From Rubripirellula sp. (GTDB taxonomy: Bacteria; Planctomycetota; Planctomycetia; Pirellulales; Pirellulaceae), in NCBI GenBank assembly GCA_965216875.1, contig OZ244207.1, positions 6,912,001 through 6,976,000 on the forward strand: a stretch of 64,000 nt of DNA. Reading direction: 5' to 3'. Shown here in pieces: positions 48,155-57,432 of the stretch. Under the pieces are notes generated by a model. It saw only the letters and a list, made by a program, of their open reading frames with translations, had not been told where the DNA came from and made no database searches. Every line of letters starts with the position of its first letter. The stretch's first letter is position 1. The translations under genes and the position numbers were made by a program.

Positions 48155-50263
48155 ATGTCCGACGAACGCTGCTCCGTTTGCAATGCCACCGACTATTCCG
48201 TGGTCCATGTAGGCGCCCGAGATGACGCTGAGCTCCACACCTTGCTTTGCAAGCGGTGTGGACTCGTCTATTTGCCTCGTCCTCTGGAAGCCGGGGTCGT
48301 TGATGAAGGATACCTTTCGGGTGATTTTTCGCGCACAGCACGCAATAGCCTCGTTCCGGACAAACGCAAGTGGAAGCAATCCGAGTCGATGGCATTGTCA
48401 CGATGGAAGTACCTTGATTCGGTCACTGGCGATGCGCTTCGAAGACCAGGGCTTCGAGTGATCGAAGTCGGTTGTGGGTTGGGGAGCTTCCTGCGTTTGA
48501 TGAAGTCATCCGCCGGGTACGTGTATGGGATCGAGCCCGATCCGTCGTACGCAGAATTAGGTAGCACTGCCTACCAATTGCCAATCGAAAGTTCGTCCTA
48601 CGCCACCAGCGAGTGCGAAATTGAGGATGCAGATGTTGTTGCATCGTTCCATGTCGTTGAGCATGTCCCGCAACCGGTCGATATGTTGGAATGGATGTGC
48701 AATCGCGTGCGTGAGGGCGGGACTCTTTATCTGGAATGCCCAGCATTGGAACGGCCGTTTGAAGGAGATTTCACTCGCTTTTTTTGGTCCAAGCATCTGC
48801 AGACGTTTTCCGTCAAAACGCTTGGTGGAATTGTTGAGTCCCTGGGATTCAAAGTTCTCGATGCACGCTTGCATCAACATGCTCTTCAACTGGTGGCTCG
48901 TCGAGAGGGAACGCGGAATTCGATCACGCTTCCCCTGGAGTCCTCTGCGGTGGTTGCGGCAAGGATGAAGTCGGCAAAGGCCCGCCATCAATGGTCGCGT
49001 GGCATCAAGAAGATTCCGCTCAGCCACTACGCGACCAAGGCAATCCACCATGTGCGCCTGCGCGTGACGCAGCGCGAGAAGTCGCGACCTGCTTTGGCGA
49101 CGGAGCTATCTCGTCGATTTAATGCCGCCTTCGAATCGTATCCCGCGCAGGCCCTCGGAAAGATCATCCACCGCCAGCGGTCGCTCTTTCACTTTGGGTT
49201 GCACCATCGTACTGGAAACGCGGGTGATACGGTCTTGTTCCGCTCGGTGCGATGGGCGATCGACAAGGGGCGATCGCAACGATGGCACCGAATTGAAGTG
49301 CGCCAGATGGTGACAGACGTCACCGTTGAACAGATCAACCGGTCAGCCAAGGCCGTGATCGTTGGTGGTGGCGGTTTGTTGCTCGCGGACACCAACGCGA
49401 ACAAGGAATCGGGGTGGCAGTGGCCATGTTCGATTCGCCACCTAAAGCAATTGGAGGTTCCGCTTGCTTTCTTTGCGATCGGTTACAACCGTTTTCGCTG
49501 CCAAGACGATTTTTCGGATGTATTCAAAGAGAACATCGTTGAGATGGTCAAGCGATCCAGCTTTTTCGCACTTCGCAATCGAGGGAGCATCGCGGCCTTG
49601 AAGCAATACCTGCCCAAAGAACTGCACGATCGACTCGAGTACCAACCCTGCCCCACGACCGTCCTGAGTCATCTGCGCCCGGACGCTCCGCCTCGTTCGC
49701 ATCGACTTCCAAAACGACCACTCGTCTGCGTCAATTTGGCGTTTGACCGGCATCAGCTGCGTTTCTCTGGAAGGGAGGCTCAGGCATGCGAGGCGATTGC
49801 AAGAGTGCTTAAGACTTTGGGGCAGCAAGGCTGGCAAATCCAACTCGTCGCTCATTGTGAGTCCGACGACACCGTGTTGCCGTGGCTTTCGCGCGAGCAA
49901 GTTGATTTTGAATTTGTCGACCTGACGTATGCGTCGGCCCAGAAAGTGATTTCAACGTATCAAGCCGCCAGTCTTGTCATTGGGATGCGAGGGCATTCGC
50001 AAATGATCCCTTTTGGGATCGGATGTCCAATTCTCTCGTTGGTGTCGCACGACAAGATGGCTTGGTTTTTGGAAGACATCGAGCATCAAGAATGGGGTGT
50101 CGAGGTTTCGGCGGAAGACTTCGCAGAACAACTCGATACCGCGGTGAGTCGTCTGGTCGAGAATTATCCGGATATCTGCGAGGAGGTCCAATCTGCCTCA
50201 AGTTTGCTGTGGAAAATCACGCAAGAGAACGTCGAGTCGCTACGTACAACTTGTTCGATTTAG
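48155..50263 (+). CDS. Class I SAM methyltransferase fused to polysaccharide pyruvyl-transferase domain
   Basis: CSVC...CKRC, IEVGCGLG, HVVEHV; then NAGD, VGGGGL, ALRN, GMRGH; start ATG 48155. Confidence 0.85.
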   Translation: MSDERCSVCNATDYSVVHVGARDDAELHTLLCKRCGLVYLPRPLEAGVVDEGYLSGDFSRTARNSLVPDKRKWKQSESMALSRWKYLDSVTGDALRRPGLRVIEVGCGLGSFLRLMKSSAGYVYGIEPDPSYAELGSTAYQLPIESSSYATSECEIEDADVVASFHVVEHVPQPVDMLEWMCNRVREGGTLYLECPALERPFEGDFTRFFWSKHLQTFSVKTLGGIVESLGFKVLDARLHQHALQLVARREGTRNSITLPLESSAVVAARMKSAKARHQWSRGIKKIPLSHYATKAIHHVRLRVTQREKSRPALATELSRRFNAAFESYPAQALGKIIHRQRSLFHFGLHHRTGNAGDTVLFRSVRWAIDKGRSQRWHRIEVRQMVTDVTVEQINRSAKAVIVGGGGLLLADTNANKESGWQWPCSIRHLKQLEVPLAFFAIGYNRFRCQDDFSDVFKENIVEMVKRSSFFALRNRGSIAALKQYLPKELHDRLEYQPCPTTVLSHLRPDAPPRSHRLPKRPLVCVNLAFDRHQLRFSGREAQACEAIARVLKTLGQQGWQIQLVAHCESDDTVLPWLSREQVDFEFVDLTYASAQKVISTYQAASLVIGMRGHSQMIPFGIGCPILSLVSHDKMAWFLEDIEHQEWGVEVSAEDFAEQLDTAVSRLVENYPDICEEVQSASSLLWKITQENVESLRTTCSI

Positions 50264-50272
50264 GTACGCCAC

Positions 50273-51247
50273 ATGATTCCCAGCCCCGTTCGCCTCGTCA
50301 CAATGGTTGATGAACGATACTTGCCAGGATTGATCGCTCTGCTTGAAAGTTTGCAGCGTCTTGGGAACTGTCCCGCTGGGCTTTGTATAAGCGTGGTGTA
50401 CTGCGGAAAGCAGTTGCCGCCGGTGACATCGAAGATTCGCACTCACTATGCGCCGCAATTCAACGTTGACTGGCGCCTGTTGGATGAGGTTGCACGGGAT
50501 GCCGGGGTTGCGGCGTTGGAACATGGCGGAAGCGACCAGGCGAGGTTTGCAACGGCGCTGCAAAAGCTTTTGGTCTTTTCTCTTGATGTAGAAGAACCAT
50601 GCCTGTTTGTCGATGCCGATGTGATCTGCTTGAATCCCATTCCATGGACGGAGCTTTCGGCATGCGAGGCAGACTTTGCAGCAGTGGAAGACCAAGGTTT
50701 CGGCGCTGCGGAGCTAATCAACGGTTCACCGATGCTCAATACGGGCGTTTTCAAGTTCCGACCTTCGGCCGAGCTATTCGGACGATTGATGGATTTTTAT
50801 CAAAAGCATCCGGAGCGGTTTCGCCGACTGGGGGACCAAGTAGGGCTCAACCATTTCTTTTCATCGATGATGCAGTATTCGGTCAAAGTGTTGCCAAGCT
50901 ACTGGAACGTGCTTAAGCGACGCCATTTGCGAGAAGGGACTTTGCAAGATGAACCGGTGTTTCTGCATTACGTGGGGAGAAAACCATGGCAGCCAGCTGC
51001 CCCATGGAATTGGCGCGAATGGGGATACGCTCCGCTTGATCGAAGGTGGCATCTCCTTTTCCAGCTTTCATCGATTCATGATGCGGTCGGGCCGATCGAC
51101 GACGTTTGGGAAAACGGGTTTGCCGGCCCGATTGGTCTCAAAGCGGCGCGCGGCCTGTTCGCTGCGGAGCAAGCCGTTGTCAGAATGCGTCGACGATTTG
51201 CTTTTGTTGATCGCTCGTTGCGAATGCTACGTCCAGCCGCTGATTGA
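50273..51247 (+). CDS. GT8 family glycosyltransferase
   Basis: YLPG, FVDAD, NTGV, GDQVGLN, WN, HYVGRKPW. Confidence 0.88.
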   Translation: MIPSPVRLVTMVDERYLPGLIALLESLQRLGNCPAGLCISVVYCGKQLPPVTSKIRTHYAPQFNVDWRLLDEVARDAGVAALEHGGSDQARFATALQKLLVFSLDVEEPCLFVDADVICLNPIPWTELSACEADFAAVEDQGFGAAELINGSPMLNTGVFKFRPSAELFGRLMDFYQKHPERFRRLGDQVGLNHFFSSMMQYSVKVLPSYWNVLKRRHLREGTLQDEPVFLHYVGRKPWQPAAPWNWREWGYAPLDRRWHLLFQLSSIHDAVGPIDDVWENGFAGPIGLKAARGLFAAEQAVVRMRRRFAFVDRSLRMLRPAAD

Positions 51248-51279
51248 TAAACAAAACACCTGAATACCCTGTAGAGAAC

Positions 51280-52461
51280 ATGGCTGATACGAAAAATGTG
51301 ATTGCGATCATTCCCGCTCGAGGAGGATCGAAGGGAATCCCTCAAAAGAACCTGCGAACGTTGCTTGGTGAGCCGTTGATTGCGCGGGCGATTCGTATCG
51401 CTCGTACAGCAAGCCCTGTCAAACAGGTCGTTGTGACGACCGACGACTCGGAGATCGCAGCGGTCGCACAGGCGGCGGGCGCATTGGTCGTCATGCGCCC
51501 CGACGAACTTTCGACGGACATTGCGTCGTCCGAAAGCGCATTGCTGCATGCGATCGGCGAACTTGAGAAGACGAATCAAATGACAGAGGTGTTCGCCTTC
51601 CTGCAATGTACGGCACCGCTCACTACCGCGGAGGACATTGAATCGACCATCAAGCAAGTTACCGAAAACGACGCAGACTCAGCATTCGCAGCGATCGCGT
51701 CGCATTTCTTTCTATGGCAACCAAACGAGGCAGGCGGAGTTTGCGGCGTCAACCACCATGCGAGCGAAAGGTTGATGCGGCAACAGCGTCCCCCCGAATA
51801 CCTCGAGGCGGGATCTGTCTATGTGATGAAGACGAAGGGCTTCAAGCAGCACAAGCATCGTTTCTTCGGAAACATCGCAGTGCAAGAGATCGAGCGTGAC
51901 CACTGGTTCGAACTCGATGAGATGGCGGATCTCGGCGTGATCGAAGCGTTGCTCGAAAAACGCGGGTCCAAACAAGGTAATGCGTTGTCGATCAAGGCGA
52001 TCGCATTCGATTTTGATGGTGTGTTCACGGACAACTTAGTTCGCGTTGACCAAAACGGGATCGAGACGGTTTGTTGTAGCCGCAGTGATGGCATGGGGAT
52101 TGAATTGCTTCGCAACGCGAGCGTCCCCATGGTCGTGATTTCAAAGGAACGTAATCCCGTCGTGCTGGCCCGATGTCAGAAGCTGCAACTGGATTGTGAA
52201 GGTGGCGTTGACGATAAGGTCCCCATACTCAAGCAATGGGTCAAAGGGGTTGGCGTTTCTTTGGCTGAGACGGCGTACGTCGGTAACGACGTTAATGACC
52301 TTCCATGCCTACGTACAGTAGGCCACCCGTTTGTGGTTGCTGACTGCCATCACGCACTTACTCAACAAGGATTTGCGCGATTGAAATGCAGTGGCGGTCG
52401 CGGCGCTGTGCGCGAGCTGGCAGATTTGGTGCTGCAAACTCGTGATCACTCCTCGATGTGA
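51280..52461 (+). CDS. neuA: Acylneuraminate cytidylyltransferase fused to KdsC-like HAD phosphatase
   Basis: IIPARGGSKGIPQKN; C-terminal FDFDGVFTD, DGMG, YVGNDVND, GGRGAVRE. Confidence 0.9.
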   Translation: MADTKNVIAIIPARGGSKGIPQKNLRTLLGEPLIARAIRIARTASPVKQVVVTTDDSEIAAVAQAAGALVVMRPDELSTDIASSESALLHAIGELEKTNQMTEVFAFLQCTAPLTTAEDIESTIKQVTENDADSAFAAIASHFFLWQPNEAGGVCGVNHHASERLMRQQRPPEYLEAGSVYVMKTKGFKQHKHRFFGNIAVQEIERDHWFELDEMADLGVIEALLEKRGSKQGNALSIKAIAFDFDGVFTDNLVRVDQNGIETVCCSRSDGMGIELLRNASVPMVVISKERNPVVLARCQKLQLDCEGGVDDKVPILKQWVKGVGVSLAETAYVGNDVNDLPCLRTVGHPFVVADCHHALTQQGFARLKCSGGRGAVRELADLVLQTRDHSSM

Positions 52462-52616
52462 GATTCATCACTTCAAATCAGCTTCCCGTTCGTCAATCCT
52501 TAGCATGATCTTAACTTGCTGATCGTATTGCCTTTTGATTGACGCGAATGCCTATTCAGTGTGACAGCCAAAAACTATTATGCGGCCGCACTCGTTCCTC
52601 TTTGTTGAAACGCAAA

Positions 52617-53486
52617 ATGAAGTCAACGGTACGAATTGGAAGCCATGAAGTCGGCGACGGTCAACCGATCTATGTCATCGCTGAGATTGGCTTGAATCAC
52701 AACGGAGACCTGTCCAACGCCAAGAAACTCGTTGATGCCGCAGTGCTTGCCGGATGTGATGCCGTCAAGTTTCAGAAACGCACCCCGGAGGTTTGCGTTC
52801 CGGTCGAGCAACGCGATGTGATACGCGAGACTCCTTGGGGCACGATGACCTATCTCGACTATCGACACCGGGTCGAGTTTGGATTGCAGGAGTATCAAGA
52901 GATCGATGCCTATTGCCGCGACAAAGACATTGATTGGTTTGCTTCTTGTTGGGATGTTCCTTCGGTTGAGTTCATCGATCAGTTCGACGTTCCTTGCTAC
53001 AAGATCGCGTCTGCGTCGATCACCGACGAAGAACTGTTGTTAGCACACCGAAAGACAGGACGCCCCATCATCATGTCGTCCGGGATGTCGACCATGGAGG
53101 AGGTTGAGAGGGCGTCTGATGTGTTCGATAGAGAGAGTTTTCTTCTTGCGCATAGCACGAGTACCTATCCTTGCCCGCTTGAAGAGCTCAACCTGCGAAT
53201 GATCCAAACGCTCAAGGATCAGTACCATTGCCCCGTCGGGTATTCAGGGCATGAAGTGGGATTGCAGACCACTGTGGCTGCAGTCGCGCTGGGGGCCACT
53301 TTCGTAGAGCGACACATCACTTTGGATCGCACCATGTGGGGATCGGACCAGGCGGCTTCGGTGGAACCATGGGGGATGATGCGGCTGGTTCGAGATATTC
53401 GCGCCGTCGAGACAGCGGTCGGTGATGGGGTGAAACGTGTCTACGACAGCGAGCTGCCCATTCGACAAAAGCTCCGTAGAGTCTAG
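52617..53486 (+). CDS. neuB: Nonulosonic acid (Neu5Ac/KDN-9-phosphate) synthase, lacking the C-terminal AFP/SAF domain
   Basis: IAEIGLNHNG, AVKFQKR, KIAS, GYSGHE, ERHITLDR, GSDQAAS; ends at KLRRV. Confidence 0.92.
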   Translation: MKSTVRIGSHEVGDGQPIYVIAEIGLNHNGDLSNAKKLVDAAVLAGCDAVKFQKRTPEVCVPVEQRDVIRETPWGTMTYLDYRHRVEFGLQEYQEIDAYCRDKDIDWFASCWDVPSVEFIDQFDVPCYKIASASITDEELLLAHRKTGRPIIMSSGMSTMEEVERASDVFDRESFLLAHSTSTYPCPLEELNLRMIQTLKDQYHCPVGYSGHEVGLQTTVAAVALGATFVERHITLDRTMWGSDQAASVEPWGMMRLVRDIRAVETAVGDGVKRVYDSELPIRQKLRRV

Positions 53487-53492
53487 GTCAGT

Positions 53493-54554
53493 ATGGGCGG
53501 CGAGCGAGCAACGCTGATCGTGTCGAATTCGGCGTTCAACTGTTTTGTTGGCGCCGCGATTGCGTCGCAAATGGATGGTCCCGTGCATCTCCTACAAGCC
53601 GACGGCGGAAACACTAATCGGTTTCTGGTGGAGACGCTTGCGAAATCGGCCACGTTTCCGTTTTCAGGGGTTACGTTTTTTGATCGGAACCTGGTGGGGA
53701 AATCGAACCTTCAAAAAGGAAGGATGATTCGACGCAACCTGCGCGAGACGCGTCAACTGTTTCAAGACCTGAAGCCTAAACGGGTTTATGTCGGTAACGA
53801 TGCGTTGCCAACCACGCAACTCGCGATTCAGCTGGCACGGCAAATCGAAGCCGAAACGATCTACTATGACGAGGGGACAAACGCGTACTGCCTTTTTCCT
53901 GAACGCTCCTATTCTCTGCCCTGGCGGATTCTGTTTTCGGTGGTTTTCGGAAACTGGTGGAAATCGATCTCGGTCAACGGTACCTACGAAGGTCCTACCA
54001 AGCGTCTGCGGTTTTTCCCAGAAGTGTTGCCGACGGATCCGTTAAATGAACCGATGTCGCAACGGCCCTTTCACCATGAACGCTTTGTCGCGACCATTCA
54101 GGATGCTGTTGGCGAATTGGTTGATGCCAACCTGTCGGAACCATCGCAAAGAATCGCGTTGGTGTTGTTGAGCCATTCCGAGGCGATCGATGCTCCAGAC
54201 ACCTACCTTGAGACGATACGCAAGTTAGCCGCCCGTTTGATCGACGGCGGATACCGCGTATTGGTGAAGGGGCATCCGCGGGAACGACCGGCCAACTTGA
54301 GTGCCATTGAACGATTGGGTTGCGAGACGATTGAACCACGCATGCCAGCGGAAATGTTGTTGGTTTCAAGCGGTTGGAAACCAGAAGTCTTGATCGGCGA
54401 TCTGTCCACGGCCCTCTTTTTCGCTCGGTGGCATTGCCCTGGCATACGCGTTTTCTCGACGTCGCTGATGACCAAGGTGGGTGATGAATCGGGTTCGACC
54501 TTGTGCCGTCAATTGGGAGTTCGTCTCGTCGATTCCATCAACGAGATTGAGTAG
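53493..54554 (+). CDS. Putative sialyl/KDN transferase (GT52/polysialyltransferase-like, GT-B)
   Basis: YYDEG, KGHPRE, PAEML, STAL motifs; directly follows neuB. Confidence 0.75.
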   Translation: MGGERATLIVSNSAFNCFVGAAIASQMDGPVHLLQADGGNTNRFLVETLAKSATFPFSGVTFFDRNLVGKSNLQKGRMIRRNLRETRQLFQDLKPKRVYVGNDALPTTQLAIQLARQIEAETIYYDEGTNAYCLFPERSYSLPWRILFSVVFGNWWKSISVNGTYEGPTKRLRFFPEVLPTDPLNEPMSQRPFHHERFVATIQDAVGELVDANLSEPSQRIALVLLSHSEAIDAPDTYLETIRKLAARLIDGGYRVLVKGHPRERPANLSAIERLGCETIEPRMPAEMLLVSSGWKPEVLIGDLSTALFFARWHCPGIRVFSTSLMTKVGDESGSTLCRQLGVRLVDSINEIE

Positions 54555-55652
54555 ATGGCAACGACTGTGACGCTTGCTTCCATCGTGAAGCGTGAAGTAG
54601 CCCAAATGAACAACCAATCCAATCTCCCAACTGTCGCAGCAATCATTCCTGTGCGGAATCGAGCTGACCAGGTTGTGACTTGCCTCAACGCGTTGGAAAC
54701 GCAAACCTATCGAAAGTTCAGCGTGATCGTTGTGGACGATTGCTCGACAGATGCAACGGCCGAAGCGGTGATTCAATGGGCAAACTCGCGTCAGTTCCCA
54801 TGTGTTGAGGTTTTTCGAAACAAGAAACCCGTTGGTCCCAGCCTGGCCCGCAATCAAGGAGTCGCTCATGCTTGTGCAGAGTTCGTATGCTTTACCGACT
54901 CGGACTGCGTTGTGGACGAGACCTGGATTGAGGAACTGGTCGCTGCAGTGAGTGGCCCCGATGGGAAGGCCGACGGAGCCTCGGGAGTGGTCACGAACCC
55001 GCCGGCTTGCAATTGGACCGAAGTTGCCTATCAGGGGACCAATCGAATTGGGGAATCGGCGCATAGACGCCCGTTTCAGTTATGCAATCTGATGCTTCGG
55101 CGGTCGGTCGCATTGGATTTCCCGTTTGACGATGCGATCGGTTTCTACGGCGAAGAAGACGACTTGGGCTGGCGCCTGCAGAGGGCAGGCTTTCGGTTGA
55201 CCTTTGCACCCAACGCAAGGGTCGAGCACCAACATCACCATCGATTCTCGAGCTACCTTCGGCAGGCGTGGACGCAAAGTCGCGGGACAGCGCGACTTTG
55301 TTACAAGCATGGCGTGTACCTCAGTCGTGACCTTTGGTTCTTATCGGCTGCCCTCGCGGTTGTTCCCCTTGCTTTGCTTTACCATCCTCTGTTGGCAATC
55401 TGTGGTCTGCTGCTCGGATTGCATGTGTTAGCGTTGATTTACAACGAGGTGGCGCTGAAGGGCAAACGATTCCTCACCGGCTTGGCGGTCTTGCCGATCA
55501 TCGCTACCTACAATGGGGTGAAAGCGGTGGGAGTCTATTGGAATCTGTCAAAGATCTTTCTCGGACTTGATCCCGAAATTGTCGCCAGTCGCAATGCTTG
55601 GCGTGAGAGTTGCCGGGGTGCAAGTCGCGATGGTTGCGACATGAACGCCTAG
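54555..55652 (+). CDS. GT2 glycosyltransferase with C-terminal TMs
   Basis: IIPVRN, VDDCSTD, ARNQG, FTDSD, GEEDDL. Confidence 0.9.
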   Translation: MATTVTLASIVKREVAQMNNQSNLPTVAAIIPVRNRADQVVTCLNALETQTYRKFSVIVVDDCSTDATAEAVIQWANSRQFPCVEVFRNKKPVGPSLARNQGVAHACAEFVCFTDSDCVVDETWIEELVAAVSGPDGKADGASGVVTNPPACNWTEVAYQGTNRIGESAHRRPFQLCNLMLRRSVALDFPFDDAIGFYGEEDDLGWRLQRAGFRLTFAPNARVEHQHHHRFSSYLRQAWTQSRGTARLCYKHGVYLSRDLWFLSAALAVVPLALLYHPLLAICGLLLGLHVLALIYNEVALKGKRFLTGLAVLPIIATYNGVKAVGVYWNLSKIFLGLDPEIVASRNAWRESCRGASRDGCDMNA

Positions 55653-55674
55653 TTATGGCAGGCTTTGTTCGCAG

Positions 55675-57432
55675 CTAGTATGCGGTGTTCATCACGCGGT
55701 CTCGGTGCGTCCGATAGGCTGCTTTGATTTCGTCACGAATGATCGAATCGGTCGCCAACGCTTTTTCGAATAACTCGTTGGCAAGCTCGTTATCGCCGGT
55801 CATGGACGCGACCATCGCGAGGCGAAACTGTATCTCGGCGCGTTGTTGGTCGTTGTAGCAATGCTCGAATGCATCAGCATATACTTTGCGAGATTCAGCG
55901 ATGTATCCCGCTAGAAACATGGTGTCGGCGAGATCTCGATTCCATTGGTAGTCTGTACCCGAATAAAAGAACTGGCGTTCTTGCGATAGCTCAATTGCGT
56001 GTTGAAGCATCGCGATCTTCGGTTCAGGACGATCGAATGGAGCGGTGATTGCGAGGCCATACCAAGGGCGTGGGTTGTTCGGGTTGGCTTGCGTATCGGA
56101 TTCGTACATCCGTGGCTTGGACACGTAGTCGAGGTTGCGATTGATCGTGAGTAATGAGAGCACGGTGGCTATGACCGCGCACAGTATCAGGGGCGTTGTC
56201 AGGGAGATACGTCCGAGCGTTCCATCGCGAGCTATCCGAGTGCCAATGATCCCGATGGCAACGCCAAGGACACACGCTGAGGGCAAGTAAAACCGATGCT
56301 CAAAGATGATGTCCTGGAACGGCAGGATGGTTGAGGTCGGCGCGAGCACTAGTAGCGCAGTGATGATCGGAAAGGTTAGTCGTTTGCTACGTCGCCATGA
56401 CCAAGTGATCGCGGCAAGGATTCCGCACCAAGCAATCGTACCGATCCATCGTGGTCGCGATTCCAACGGAGGCAGCCACCCATAGTCAAGTGCTTGTCCG
56501 ATCGGAAAGAACGTCAACTGCAGGTAGTGCAAAAAGACTCGCGGTTGGCTCGCCAGGTAGGCGTGAGGAGGAAACCGCTCGAGATTGAAGCCGATCGTGT
56601 TGCGCCCATGACTGGCGCCGCGAATCCGTGGCAACAGAATGACGACGCCAATGACAAGCGGGGCGACCAGCAGGGCGTATCCAGGCCATCGCGACTTGAG
56701 TGATCGCCAAGACGTAGCCAAGAAAGCTCGGTCATAAAACAAGATGATCAAAGGCAATCCAGCAGCCATTTCTTTGCTGCCGTATGCGACGTAGGCCGCC
56801 ACAACGGCAAGCGTTGCCCAAGCTTTGGTTGACGGTGACTTGGGTTCGGCCGAGGCGCCTTGTTCACTTGGCGCGAACGCGACCGACCAAGCGTAAAGCG
56901 ATGCTAGGATGCAAAGGGAGGCAAGTGACTCGGAACGTTGCACAATGTAAGTGACCGCTGCTGTCGTCAGCGGGTGCACTCCCCAGAGCAAAGCGGTCAA
57001 TGTCGCGATGCAGTTGGAATAGAAATCGCCGAGTTTGATGTCTCTGGTGCCCAACTGTACGGTGCGCCGCACCAATAGGAAGAGCATCGCCGTTGCGGCC
57101 AGGTGGATTGCTAAGTTGACGACGTGGCAGGCAAACGGTGAAGGACCCATGAGCGAGAAGTGGATCGCAAAAGTGCCCGTTGTGACGGGACGTTTGGTGA
57201 GACGAAACCAATCGAATGAAAAAAACTCGAGCAGCGACGTATCATCGGTGAGTGCCTTATCATCGAAGACGAACGTGCCATACAGGCCGCCGCCGTGAGC
57301 GATGCACGTCCACAGCAAGACGATCCCCAGCAGCATGCCGGGACGCGAAAGTGCCGCTGGCTTGTCGCCGCCCACTTCGCCCGATTTGACGGTCGTGGAC
57401 TCAGCGGGTTGGAGGGGACGCGGGCGGGCCAC
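55675..57432 (-). CDS. TMTC-like GT-C membrane glycosyltransferase with C-terminal TPR-like repeats
   Basis: FVFDD, RP, HVVNLAIH, VHPLTTAAVTYIVQRSE, SKE, EHRFYLP; GTG start overlaps the upstream stop. Confidence 0.8.
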   Translation of the reverse strand: MARPRPLQPAESTTVKSGEVGGDKPAALSRPGMLLGIVLLWTCIAHGGGLYGTFVFDDKALTDDTSLLEFFSFDWFRLTKRPVTTGTFAIHFSLMGPSPFACHVVNLAIHLAATAMLFLLVRRTVQLGTRDIKLGDFYSNCIATLTALLWGVHPLTTAAVTYIVQRSESLASLCILASLYAWSVAFAPSEQGASAEPKSPSTKAWATLAVVAAYVAYGSKEMAAGLPLIILFYDRAFLATSWRSLKSRWPGYALLVAPLVIGVVILLPRIRGASHGRNTIGFNLERFPPHAYLASQPRVFLHYLQLTFFPIGQALDYGWLPPLESRPRWIGTIAWCGILAAITWSWRRSKRLTFPIITALLVLAPTSTILPFQDIIFEHRFYLPSACVLGVAIGIIGTRIARDGTLGRISLTTPLILCAVIATVLSLLTINRNLDYVSKPRMYESDTQANPNNPRPWYGLAITAPFDRPEPKIAMLQHAIELSQERQFFYSGTDYQWNRDLADTMFLAGYIAESRKVYADAFEHCYNDQQRAEIQFRLAMVASMTGDNELANELFEKALATDSIIRDEIKAAYRTHRDRVMNTAY

